A stretch of 64,000 nt of DNA, taken from NCBI GenBank assembly GCA_000320545.1, contig ADNK01003331.1, positions 1 through 64,000 on the forward strand. Reading direction: 5' to 3'. Below, one piece after another: positions 28,874 to 41,500 of the stretch (positions are counted from its first letter, which is position 1; each line of letters opens with the position of its first letter). Position numbers and translations under genes: made by a program. The notes below the pieces were generated by a model. It saw only the letters and a list, made by a program, of their open reading frames with translations. It was not told the origin of the DNA and made no database searches. This stretch comes from Bigelowiella natans CCMP2755. Its lineage: Eukaryota; Protista; Cercozoa.

Positions 28874-30160
28874 AATGCCGACCTGGCCAAAACGTTCAAT
28901 CAAAAACAATTTTCTGAGCTGTCAACGCATGTTTGTTCCTCAACGGGAAACTTTTTGCATTGTCAGCCCCATGTTCATGTTCGAAGGTGCAGTGCATCGT
29001 GCTCGTCGTCCAATCGATCCAGCGTTCAAAGCACACACGTGACAACTTCACTCGCAGGATCTGTGGCGCACCCCAAGTTCAAATCACAACAGCCAGGCAG
29101 TTGCGTCGTTGCTTTGGGCGGTGTCGCACAGGCCACCCTCCAGCCCTGCGCAGCAACAATGCTGGAATGCTGGAATGGCAGTCCAGCACTGGGCACGCAC
29201 CTTGGGAACAATGAGGACAATGATGAAAAACTGCATTTCCAAAGTGTTGGGTTCACCTTCACATCGTGTTTCACAGCAGCCAGCGACCGTTGCATCATGG
29301 CGCTGCTCGGTGTGGCTTTCACGTTCAACGTGCTTTCCAGTTTTGGCACCGCTAGACCGTCAGCGAGCGAGCCAATTTTGACAGCTGCACAGGAAGCAAT
29401 GTGAGGAAACTCCGGACAGAGAAGTGCCGCCCATCCATGCCAGCACGCGAGCCTTGGCGCGCGCCATGATGGACACAGCAACACACTGCGTGCATGTCTG
29501 TCATCGCCCTGCTCTTTGTGCATCGTTTTTTGGTGCTTGCATTGGGAAGGTGTGGATCATTGCAGGAGGCACTCACGTCAAGACGCACGATGGCCAGGTC
29601 GTGGTGTCAGATGGTCAGGTTCACGTTCTCCAGTTCTCACGCGGACACGCTAGCTGGCCATGTGGTCAGTTTGCGACCACCAAGTGCATGTGAGCGCGCA
29701 TGCTCATGCACAAGTGCAAATGGTGGTGCACGTTGTGCTTCATCACGTCTCACATTTTCATGTGAGCATGCTCATGCAGGTTCAGGCTGTCGTCACTGCA
29801 GCTTGGCTGGTCACATGGGGGCATGCAACGTGAGTTGCATGCCCAGAAACGTGGTCACAGGAGGGGGCGTGTGCAGCTGGAAACAATGATCTCGGTCAAC
29901 TCCCAAACCGTGGATGTTTCCAGGAGCACCCTCGGCACTTTGCTTGCGACAAGTGGTCGGCCTGCGTGTCACAATGTCATGGGGAAAAATGGCCTGCACT
30001 TTTCCCAATGTTTCAGGCAACTGCGACTGCGCAGCATGTTGCTGCTGGGGATGCTGTGTGCCCAGCACGTGACGTGCATTGGCGCGCAACCAGCTGGTTC
30101 AGCATGCTCCAAACGACCCGCAAGCACGCGGTGAGCTTTCCCCACTGCAAGGGGAAGTAG
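28560..30160. mobile_element. TpA-depleted island, probably a hypermutated repeat/mobile-element remnant
   Basis: Between 28840 and 30156 I find only two TA dinucleotides (29353, 29651), both in CTAG; overlapping Tyr-free, His/Cys-rich ORFs in many frames. Confidence 0.6.
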
Positions 30161-30294
30161 CAGATGCTCTCTTACACAACGGTACAATTATTGAACATTG
30201 TTACTCTGGTTTGGAAATACAATCATAATAGAGTTATGATGATTGTGTCTGTTTTGTTCTAGTTGCATGCCGATGGAAAAGTGTGCTTCGGTGT

Positions 30295-30492
30295 TCAAGC
30301 ATAGTCATCTACAACTTCGCTCATTAGACAAATGTGGACTTCCATGAGTTTATCTCTTAGTTTGCGATAGAATTCAGGATTCAGTTCGGCTTTTGGTTCA
30401 TCTATTACGAGGACGATTTCACCAAGTTTATGGTCAATGTCACAGATTTTATCTGCTGTGCTACTTTTATTTACTTGATTAATATTACTCAT
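30295..30492 (-). CDS. Small intronless virus-like hypothetical ORF (65 aa)
   Basis: ATG-initiated ORF in an AT-rich block; shares the upstream TAAAGAATT motif with the neighbouring ORF. Confidence 0.4.
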   Translation of the reverse strand: MSNINQVNKSSTADKICDIDHKLGEIVLVIDEPKAELNPEFYRKLRDKLMEVHICLMSEVVDDYA

Positions 30493-30617
30493 ATTAATCT
30501 TATGGTGAGATAATTCTTTAAATAGAAATCATAGCTGGATGTTTTGTAAAAGTGGAATCCTTTTGCTAATAGTATATGTTGTTAAGTATGTATGTTGTGG
30601 CAGTCGCATATATGTTA

Positions 30618-30684
30618 GCATATCGCTTCGTAATAGCAGTCGCATATAGCACCGCACATCGCTTCGTAATAGCAGTCGCATGTG
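30618..30684. repeat. 36-bp-period tandem duplication
   Basis: GCATATCGCTTCGTAATAGCAGTCGCATAT (30618) vs GCACATCGCTTCGTAATAGCAGTCGCATGT (30654). Confidence 0.85.
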
Positions 30685-30737
30685 TATTAGCACGGCATAT
30701 CGTTTGTTTCATAGGTAGGAACACATATTTGCATGTT

Positions 30738-31397
30738 CTACTTTGTTGATGGTGTGTGTTGTTGTCTTGTTTTCAAACATTTCTTGGTCCTTTGATGTCT
30801 TCGTAAATGCTTTTTGGTTATGGCACAATTACAGAACTCACAATTTGCCTTTTGTTTAATTTCTTCTAACATTTTTTCTTTGTTTGCTTCTCTATGTTTT
30901 TTGTTGTGTTGTGTTAGTGTGTGTTGTTGTCTTTTTTTCAGACATTTCTTGGTTCTTTGATGTCTTCGTAAATGCTTTTTGGTTACAGCACAATTACAGA
31001 ACTCACAATCTACCTTTTGTTTCATTTCTTCTAACATTTTTTCTTTGTTTGCTTCTCTATATTTTTTGTTGTGTTGTTTTATTTTTTCTTTGTTCGCTTC
31101 TCTGTATTCTTTCTTTTGTTGATTTATTTTTTCTTTATTTGCTTCTCTGTAGTTTTTGCTGTATTGTTTCATTTTTTCTTTGTTCTTTATTCTATATATT
31201 TTGGTCGCTATTCTTATTTCTTCTTTTAACAATTTGTATAACTTTCTTCTATCATTTTTAATTTTTTCCTCCAAAGCACAACCTTTTTCCATACTGATAT
31301 ACTCCTCTTTCAAACTATTTCTCATTTTAGCGACATCAAGTTGTATTATTTTTATGTTTTTTCTTATTTTTAATAATTCATTTTTTAACTCTTCCAT
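30738..31397 (-). CDS. Intronless Lys/Glu-rich protein with YREANKEK repeats and duplicated CxxC..H..C zinc-finger-like module; virus/Polinton-like
   Basis: 219-aa very AT-rich ORF; repeats KQYSKNYREANKEK / KEYREANKEK; 55-aa (165-bp) internal duplication of CEFCNCAxTKKHLRRHQRTKKC. Confidence 0.6.
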   Translation of the reverse strand: MEELKNELLKIRKNIKIIQLDVAKMRNSLKEEYISMEKGCALEEKIKNDRRKLYKLLKEEIRIATKIYRIKNKEKMKQYSKNYREANKEKINQQKKEYREANKEKIKQHNKKYREANKEKMLEEMKQKVDCEFCNCAVTKKHLRRHQRTKKCLKKRQQHTLTQHNKKHREANKEKMLEEIKQKANCEFCNCAITKKHLRRHQRTKKCLKTRQQHTPSTK

Positions 31398-31414
31398 TTA
31401 ATGTTATAATATTC

Positions 31415-31423
31415 AATTCTTTA
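31415..31423 (-). promoter_or_regulatory. Putative shared promoter motif TAAAGAATT
   Basis: Identical 9-mer 17 nt upstream of ATG 31397 and 19 nt upstream of ATG 30492 (30512-30520). Confidence 0.4.
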
Positions 31424-31541
31424 TATCGTTTTCCTCTTCATTTTAATTTCAACCCCACTCAAATTAGTGCTTTCTTTTACCTCCTTCATTTTATAATTAA
31501 TGAGGGCTTCTGGGGCTTTTCAAAAACCAAACTTTTTAATA

Positions 31542-31581
<40 letters not shown>

Positions 31582-31779
31582 TACTTACATACTTTAATAT
31601 ATAGAACCCCCGCCCTTGAAAAACACCCCCTGGGAAACATAAGTACAATAATGTAATATGATACAGCATAATAATACAGTCGCATAACATAGTCGCATCG
31701 CTTTGCGAGGTGTGCTTAGCACACACACTGCCATTGGCAGTTATAACAATCATCATTATTATTACTTACACATCACACA

Positions 31780-32410
31780 CGTCAGACACAGCACACGTGA
31801 TCTGGACTAGCAGATGATGTGCACAATCTGGACAATGTGTGCAACGTGTGCGCATGTGTCTGTTGTTCAGCGCGCGCGCACTGTTCCAGTGTTGCTGCGG
31901 TGCTCCAATTGTGCCAGTGTGGTCCTGTCGGTCCAGTTAGCCAGACTTGTGGACCATGTCGCATGCGCACGTCGCTAGCTGGACAAGTGCAGGACGTGCG
32001 AGCACGTGTGGGCCCCTGGCGGGCTAGCGGGGCACACGTGTGCGTGATGCCTTGATTTGGTTTCACAATCAAGACCAGAGACATGTGATTTTGCATGACA
32101 CCAAGTGCAGATGTGTGATGCATGCTAGCATGCGTGACTGCGTGACACCCACACACAAGTGTGCATGCACAAATTCGAGATTTGTCGATATTTTTCTTCT
32201 GTGCATGTTCTGCTAGCTAGCTAGTCTAGCTAGCTAGATGTGTACAGGCATAGATGCGGCACGTGCGCACTGGCGAACTGCACAGAGTCAGCATCAACGG
32301 ATGCTGCATCTGTCATGTCTACATGTCGCATTGTCATCTAGATCATCGTCATGCATGGCTGGAATTTGAAACGAATGCACATCATTTGCGAAATTTCAGT
32401 GGTGACTGTT
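31780..32410. mobile_element. TpA-depleted island (non-coding repeat remnant)
   Basis: TA almost only as CTAG, including (CTAG)n runs at ~32213-32238; rich in CA/TG/GCATGC. Confidence 0.5.
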
Positions 32411-32547
32411 AGCATTTTGAACGTATCATTTGCCACGTAAGCTACTTCATTAATTCTTTCGAGAGACATTTTTAGTTGCTAGCATGTGCGACATGGAGTA
32501 TTTTGTGAAAGTTTTTGGCTAATGTCATTCGCATATTTGTCAATTCA

Positions 32548-35320
32548 TCATGGCATTGAGGCTGTAACTTCGATCTCAATTTTCATTTCAGGGGCGACAA
32601 GCTGGGACACAACAGTGGTGTTTGCGGGTAAGGCGTTTTTCATCCATTTTCCGACTACAGGGGCAATTGCTTTGAAGGAATCTACGATGCAATGTATCAA
32701 ATATGTATTAAAGTACGACGACAGCATAGAGTCTATTCCAACTCCCATCTTCCAACCTATCGTTCTCAATCTCCCCCCCCCACCCTTCTTTTCTCTGGAC
32801 TTCTTCCTTTGATCCAATTAACTGTGCACGCGTGTCTCATGTGAAGTTTTATGCGCATATATGAGCTGCTATGAATAGAGTGCAAGTGGTGCTAAGAAAA
32901 ATCTTGATGATTCAAAATGTATGTTTAAGTCCAGTTGCTGATAACCGATGCTTGCCAGGTGGACACGAATACGAAAGACACGATCAATATGTGAACCAGC
33001 TTTGACCAAGGCTTCTGCTATGTTGAAGAAGCACTGTTCGGCCTATCGCGCAATCATCAATTGAAAGGTAAAATTGTTAGTCAATAGTGACAATGCGATA
33101 GTCGTGTGATTTGCCCTTCCAACATTATAACCTGTACAACGGCGCTGGGGTCTATGCTCATTCGGCTGTAATCATAACCTGTTGTTCCAGACACGTGCAC
33201 TTGCTTGCCTACGACCTACCACCAGTCAATCGAATCAACAGATAGTTTTTGTGTTTTTAGTTCGTCATCATAAACAAAATCACAACATCACTAAACCATC
33301 ATAATCAATGTTATCATCCTCAATCTTTCCTGGTAGAAGAACCGAATGGTGATGACCTACCACTGCACGGCTATAGCTTGCAAGGGATTCAAACGTGGAT
33401 CCTGATGATACTCGGGCAAAACCGTCGACTGTATGGCCTTTCTTCACCTTGTATCCCAAACCAGCTGCCCCTCCATTTTTTTTTTTCCCCTCTTCCGATG
33501 AAGTAGCAGTTGCTATCGCCTCTCCAACAAAAAATACAGCTCTTCTATTATTCATAATCTTGCCCTTCCCCTCATTTTCCTTCTTTTCCGATATTTTCTC
33601 AAAAGCAATCCGCAGCTTTGCCACCTCTGGGTCCGAAAGACTTCCAGCCCAACGCATGGTGATGGGGTGCTTTAGAATCTATTAACCGCAGAAATATAAT
33701 GTTAAGTTTACAGAAATTGGCGTAGAAAATGGTGGACCTCTCTCTTTGACCGAAAGTTTGTTTTCTGAACTATCTTCTATTTGTAGACACCTTGTCGAAT
33801 GTTGAGTTGAGCTCTTTAGCCGTATAGCTTTCCGGTAAATGAAGCTGTTCTTCCCACACAACACGTGAGACACAAAGACCAGCCTGCTCAAGGAGCGTTG
33901 CGCATCTAACGAAAATTGGAACAAAATAGGAAGACAGAAAGCATAATTAGTTGAAAGACAGGTCTACTAGACTATTAATAAGGTATATTTCGGATGACGT
34001 ATTTTTAGACTATGAGGCTACTACAAAACACTTGCAACACGCACTCATATCTTTCGAAAAGGGTAATACTTCTGTGTGTCTCCTGTCACTTCATTTGGAT
34101 ACTTCTGGGAGAAGTTACAGACCTGTGAGGAAGAGGATATGAGGCAAAACGAACAAAGGCTTAGAAAAATGAAATAATTAAAAAAATCGATCCACTCTTC
34201 CATTATTGACTGTCGTATCTCACAATATAAACTTCGCCACACAACAAGCTATTTCCAGTAATGCCATATGATTGATTCAATCGCACTTTGATACCACCTC
34301 TGCAGCCAAATTAATACAGTACGATCTTATGTCAAATTCCTTTCCGAACCCTAATTGTCGCACGCAATGGCCTCAGAAGACGCGAGTTTGATACAGTACA
34401 TGGATGCTGAATGCATGCCATAAGTAAGGATACCAAAACTATAGAAATCGCTATGTTCTATCAAATTATATCATTAGCTTCTGTGTATGATTCACAAGTT
34501 GAATCCGTCTCTACGTATTGGATAGACAACAAACCTGAAATGCAGAGTTTCCCTCCTGGGTTGAGGAAATCAGCCCATTGACGAATAGCTTTAGCAGGGT
34601 CTATCAAGTATACCTGCCATAAAGTTAAATACAGAATATTCCTTATGGTGCTATGTTTGACTGTGAGTGTCATCGTCTTGGCATCACAGATCTGCTACAA
34701 CGTTGTGCAAATTCCTTGCACGTGCATATTTCATTCTGCCACCAGCGCTGAAACGCAGAGTATTCGGTCAAACTTTGTCGGCATCCCTTTTTTCTCGAGA
34801 AAATCGGCAGTGAGAGACGAAACATCACAGACCTCAAACCTGAATGTACACAAGTTGCTTATCACGAGATGATTACTGCTATAGAAGGTTTTGGTCTCGT
34901 GTTGCTCTCTTTGTCATGTCCCCTCAGGGACTAAGGATTATTCTATCGGATATTACTGTGCGGTGGTAATTCCTTCCTCACGGGTCGCTTTACGGACTGA
35001 TTTGATCATTTTTGGAGAGAGGTCTAACCCGTACACTTTCTTGCATAGTTTCGCTGCCCTACGCGCAGCCATCCCCGTTCCACACATGAGATCGAGGACC
35101 GTATGTTCAGCTTCGATGCTTGAATTCGATATCTATGCACAAGAATGAAGCAATAACTTTTACCTTCAAATGAAACGCATTTGTCTTATTTTGCTTCCAA
35201 TTATTTTTCCTTCCAAGCGACAGCTGTAAAGAAGTCACTTTTTCCTCTCAGTTATTTACTAACCAGTATGTCCGCGTGGGCCTTATGGAACTCCGACCAT
35301 CTATCAGTCGTGTCATACGC
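32548..35320 (-). CDS. Class I SAM-dependent methyltransferase fused to a C-terminal Rid (YjgF/YER057c/UK114) domain, multi-exon
   Basis: VLDLMCGTG...VYGLDLSPKMI (~35000-35100), FDRILCVSAL, LNPGGKL; then SSGSTFESLASYSRAV, VHVSGTTG, AEQCFFNIAEAL, PANTTVVSQLVAPEMKIEIEVTA* (stop 32548). Confidence 0.72.
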
Positions 35321-35645
35321 TTCCGCACGGTGATCGAATACTTTCTGAACGCGTGTGGTGTATTCCTTCTCATCAGTTTTGGTAGTGGCCATTGCGAATG
35401 AGGAGCGGTCAAGCTGTGACGTTCGAGGTGACGTGGACCTTGTGCACTGTGCACTACTTCAAGTACCTGTTAATAAAAGCTCTTTCTAACCGAAACCCGG
35501 TAATAAATGTGAGTGGAAGATAATTCAAGTCGTTTTCACCATGCGACATTTAATATGGAGCACTTTAGTTTAAAAATAGTTGATACGATATTTCATCGAT
35601 CAAAGGCAAATGCCGACCGATTTGTATCGACGACATGATTTAGGA

Positions 35646-36854
35646 TGGCGACGACGACTAAAACGACCGTACGGATAGAACAACCGACTGCAATGAAGCT
35701 GATAGGGTGACGTGCCTCTTCTTTCCATTGCATCACAGGAGGAGGACTGCGGTATCTTGAATCAGATTATACTGGAACTGAAAGAAGTACAATGAATAAG
35801 TTTGATGATGATGATGATTATTGTGTGGTATTCCTTTTAGGCCAATCACATCATGCTTCTCCTCGCAGTCGTATTCACGCAGACATGCTTGTTTATTTGG
35901 TGATTTCTAAATCAATCTGCGATCATCCGTTTGACGGATCTATTTACGAGCCTCACTTATTCGGTATCTCCCCCCCCCTCACCTCCTCCATGCTTCCCCT
36001 TTGGCGATAGCTCCATGCTATCACCAAAATTGGGGCTGTCTTTCTTCGGGTCAAACTTCGTGCTCTCGATCGTCGGTATTTGGATGTTAGAGTCTCGGAG
36101 ACCGCGCCCTGCTATTCTAGTAAATGATGCACATTATGCACTATGTGTTCACCATGATATAACAAGCATAAGGGTTGGAAATAACAACTTCTTCAAATTA
36201 ATCCTGAATACCTCAGTATCTCGCAGTCCTGCTTTTCACAATAATCAACGATGCGACGTCCTTGAGTTTCTTCGGTGTCTTACTATGTAATTTACCATAG
36301 CTTCGATTTCAAACTACATGCCCTTAACCAACTTTGAATTTTGCGTTAAACGTAATAATTTTTTATGTGTTAGATGATGATGGGTTTGCTGGAATGGTCT
36401 CATTAGGGTATTGCTATATTTTGCCTATTTTGATTCGTTTTATGATCGCTGCATTACTTCTCTGCCCTCTGTTTTCTTTCACCCGCTTCTTCATCGAGAA
36501 AAGTTCATGTCTGTTATCCTTATTTGTGAAGGTATTATCATCATCATTATTGTTAATATTATTATCATTAAAATTGCTGTTTCTTATTTTTCATGCTCTA
36601 AAATCTTTTCGTCTGTAGAGATTCCAGCACGTATTAGCTGAAACCATTTGATATTGTCAAACAAACTGCGTATGAAAGTTAGCCTTTTTTCACAGCCTCT
36701 ACTTTCGGTCATTCTCTACCAGGAAATATCGAAACGGGGGGGGACGCTAAGTAAGAAAATCAGAATGCCTGTGTCTGAGACTAGTAACATTTTTTTGCTA
36801 AATACTACTTCACACGTAGACATCAAGGGATTTCATAAAGCTATGCGAAGGTGA
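35646..36854 (+). CDS. Hypothetical small membrane protein, multi-exon
   Basis: Short hydrophobic exon-like segments (LSFFGSNFVLSIVGIWML; IAALLLCPLFSF) with GT/AG boundaries; no family recognised. Confidence 0.3.
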
Positions 36855-37429
36855 CAATAATTTGTCAACAGCCCAATGTTTCGATCCTCAATCAAGCAAA
36901 TAGATTCTGGAAATGGAAGATAAGATATACAGAGATGTATACGATAAAAGAACGGCATGACTCAGATTGCGGAAGGTGTTACTCTGACTAATGTACAGCT
37001 GGCTATATGCACAAAACGGTGCCATTGTAGAAAAATGGCGCCTGCAAACCTATGCAAATGGCAACCACCCCAGCAGTTATAAAAGCGGAGAGCATATCAA
37101 GTATACAGCATGCGATTACTGTACATATATTGAAGACGCGACAGTGAATCGAAATGTGCGTGTATGCCGTCATGTCATGTTGCATGCGTTTCATTGCAGA
37201 TTCCTATGCACTTCACATGCCATGCACGTGGCTTAAATTTGAGTTACAAGCGTAAAATAGTCATCAACAAGTGACACAGCTGACATAGCAATAGAGAGCC
37301 ATGCTAGCATGATTTACAACATGAGCACACATGGAATTACTAGATTGCTAGATTGGTTTGGCGTGTAAACATCGCAATGCATCTAGTCATGTTCGTTTAT
37401 CGACATGTAATATAATGGAGCCTTCCAGT

Positions 37430-37795
37430 CTTGAACATCGCATGCTACATCAAATAATAAAATTAATGTAGACATGGTGCTTTAGTATCTGTACTTTATG
37501 AACGAAGCTAACCCCAACAGAAGTCCTTCCAAAACCGAACGATGCGTTTTTGAGCTGGAATGGGATAATTTTTCTCTCCGATTGGATCGCAATGCCATAT
37601 TTCTAGGGGTATAACCTAATCATTGGAACATAGCGAGAGAGATCATTAACGAAGACATAAGCAAGATCTTCGGTCCTAATGGAATGGCATCGTGCAGTGA
37701 ATGATTCTAGAAGCTGATATCGTTTCAGGAGTTTTGCTATGTCTTCTAACGTGAAAGAACAACTCAGAAGTATATCATTGGCACGAGCAAACGTA

Positions 37796-37848
<53 letters not shown>

Positions 37849-38168
37849 TCAAGATTAGGTTGTTTGAGTGGGCGGGAAGAACCTTGCTCGTTATCATGCC
37901 TCGTTGTCGTTCTAGAGGCTTTCCTAGCGGATGATGCACATATCTGCGTTGATGCCATTACACCAAACAAAAGATTGAATGAGAATCAAGTATTCCTCAT
38001 TACTCTAAACAAAAGATTGGATGAGTATCAAATATTCCTTTAACTCCTCCCCAACTACGTTTTCTCTCCTCTTTGTGTGTCGTCGCCAGCATGGACCTTA
38101 TTCCATCCAAGACTATATCTTTGGGTCTATGAGAATGGCCGAATACGTGAACATGCCTAATCGTTGTC

Positions 38169-38199
<31 letters not shown>

Positions 38200-38545
38200 C
38201 TTCTTCTCTAATATTCTTTGTTGTTTTTTCTGGTCGACTGGAGCTTCCAGTTATAGAGTTGCTAAATCCTATGCCTCTCTTGGACTCACTACTCTCCCTA
38301 TTCCCCGCCTTTTTCCCATCTGACAAGGCACTCTTTAATCGCCGTATTTGGTCATCGAGACTCGTGCTTCCTGCGACTTTAGCAAAGCTGTATTTTAAAG
38401 ATAGGAAAGTGAGAGAGGTGTCATCGCATACCCATCAACGAGTGTTTTTTTCCTTGTTTGTATTATACAGAGGATCTAGCAGTAGTAGCAATTGTGTAGC
38501 AGTAGATGCAGCAGTAGATACAGCAGCAGCAGCAGCGCTACTCTG

Positions 38546-38576
<31 letters not shown>

Positions 38577-41500
38577 AACCGATATGCACTTTTTTCCCAA
38601 GCTTTTCCTACCCAAAACGGCTGAAAGCAGTATTAAGCACAGCAGCAAAGCAGGAACATTTAAATGAATAAACGATTCAATAAATATTTCATGGAGCAAA
38701 CTCGCACAACCTTTAAAAGACCAAAAGGGGCCGATATATGTTGCTATGCTGTCTAACGTTAAACGTTCTTTCTACACGCATATCGTTACTACATCGAATC
38801 GATCTGTGTCAGGGTCAAGCCAATCTGGAAGCATTTCCCTTCGGGGAAGAAAATGACTGAAAGTGATGACACCCTCTCCGTCACCTTGCTCCAGCCTTTG
38901 TATCTATATAAAGAGCAGTAGTAGGTGAAGGAAGAGAGCAGGGAAAAGTGTAGAGGCCTCAACGATATTCGTGATTGTGTATACGGATACTCAACCTTTG
39001 CTTCAAATACAACTAAGCTCTCCTTCTGTTCCCCCTTATCCTCTTTCTCACCACATGCTCAATGGTTTCCTCGTTGCGTTTATGCATTTCTCCAGATACT
39101 CCTAGGGGATACCTGCGCAACGAAAAAGAAGAAGAAGATAAAAGAAAAAGAAGACGAAGAAACAGAGGGGTTACAGGACGAGAAATGTGATTAGGAATAG
39201 CATTTCGGGGGAGGAAGAAATCCTTTCAAATGAATAGAAGGTAGACCGAGCTGCAAGAACAGCGAAGAAACGAGGATATAATGCAACCAAATGTTTGGTA
39301 ATGGCATGGAAGACAGCAATGGAGGCGAAAATGATACATATTCTTGGTAGTTAAGAAGATTACGGATAGACTGCGAGGATGGAGGAGAAAAATAAGGATT
39401 GAAGCAGAAGGATGGAAGAAAGGATGGAAGAAGAAGAAGAAGAAGGGAAAAAAAAGAAGATAGAGGGTGGCATTATTACGAGCCACATCGTGTTGAGTAT
39501 GGAATCTCCAGCTCATCAGGCCAGCTACATCTTGCAAAATCTCCCCAAGGCCAGTATCTACCACAATATATGTACAGAAAATATGAATAAAAATATATTG
39601 CCTACTATTATCTTGAGAAGAAGCGTTCTCACAGCGTTAAAAACACATATACTTTTCGTCCACAGACAGGCTAAATAGCTGTTCCGTAGGACAAAACATA
39701 CCACCGGGGCTATGTAACTCGACTTCGATTTTTCAAGATAATAATGCACGAATGAACGACATGGCGCTTCTTCTTCTAAATGTCCTAATTGATTCACTGT
39801 ATTTAGCTTCGATTCCATGGATGAAGGATTTCTTCCCGCCAACCCTCCCTTTGTTTTGCTATAAGATTGTTCGTTGCATGCTCGATTATGTGGACTTGTT
39901 TCATTGCTGGTGTTCCAAAGGCAAATTATTACGTGAGGTCTCCTGCATTTGGGGAAGTAGCGGCACTGCTACTAACAAATGAAGGCATCATCGATGACTC
40001 GATCCGTGATGATGATGATAGATCTTCTTCCTTTTGATTCGGCACACCAAGTATTGCTTCTGGTGCTACCTCCGCCACATTCTGCCCGCCTCCTTTTTTC
40101 TCGGATAAGGATTGTAAATCTTTTGACGTTAATCTTTCTTCTGGTGGCAAATCAAGTGCTAAGCTTAAGTCGTACCTAATGAATACAAAAGTAGTTTGTA
40201 TGATGTATCAGCTTGCTCACACTTTAGATAGGCACAGAACAGAAATCGGAAAGCATGATCTTCTACCGCTCCAATTCGAGGAAGAGTCAAAGAAGACAAG
40301 CAATGAATAGCCACGTTCTTTACAAGAATTGTAGAACTAAATTTCTCGATATCATTTTTCTATATAAATAGCCTGAAATTCTACTTAAATTGTGACACAT
40401 ACCAGCTCAGGAGAGGCACTACCCAAACTCCCTAATATCCACAAATTCATTGGTAGTATTAGCGACTAATTTCACACGGTGGAAGAAGGATTTTCCATAT
40501 TAGTCCTCCTATAGAAGCACCACCTCGATCTGCTTTGCGGTTGTATGTACCCCGAGTTTACGGCAAAGAACTTCCACTTGTTTCAGCTTTTGAAATGAAT
40601 CTTGGTGATTGTGATTTGGACCCGACGATGATAATGAAGATGAGGATGATATTGATGACGTCGGTTGCACTACATATTGAGTAGCGTAACAGCAAGGATG
40701 ATAATTCTGTTTTTGATTTTTGTTTAGGAAAATTAGATGTTGATTACATCGCACCTGTAGTATTGTCCATTTTCTCTGAGGTCAAGGTCTCAATCCACAA
40801 TTCATGATTCCCTACATGTTCATTCGTACAAATCCAATCCGTTTGCATAACATTTACATGCCCAAAACCAACCAGACAATGGTAATAACATGTGCTATCA
40901 GCGATTCTGATAATGCTCTACCTGGTACGAAGAACACGTGAGCAAATCTTCCAACAAGAGTGGACAAAGTTTCTTCTAGAATCTCCATTCGATGCCTAAT
41001 AATTATGTGGGTTTCGAGGAAGGAGACAAGATTGAAGAGCGAGTTTATCTTTACGGCAAGGTTCACGTATTACGATATGTCTCCTGCAATAAGAAGGACG
41101 TCGTTTGGGTTTTTCGGATAGATTCGGTTGCGCACCCATTCCAGATTCTGCAATCAATCAACAGAGAGTTATGACTTAGGAGAGTGGGTATTTGCACCTG
41201 AAGCAACTTTAGGGAGGTAATAATCAAATTAGAAAGCGAGCCAGACCTCTACTTTATCAGAGTGTAGATCAGATATGCAGCAGATGTTGAATTTCTGGGT
41301 GTTGGTCGATGCAGATTCATGGGCCGAAGATGGGGTGGATGCATAAGCAGCGGAAGAAACACAGTGATATCTTGGAAGTATGTATTCTCCCTTTCCGTTG
41401 ATATGGTATCCTTTACACATGTAGAAGAGGAAGGCAGATGTACAACAAAATAACCAATTAATGAAACACAACTTCGGCGCGCTAAACACATAGGCCACCA

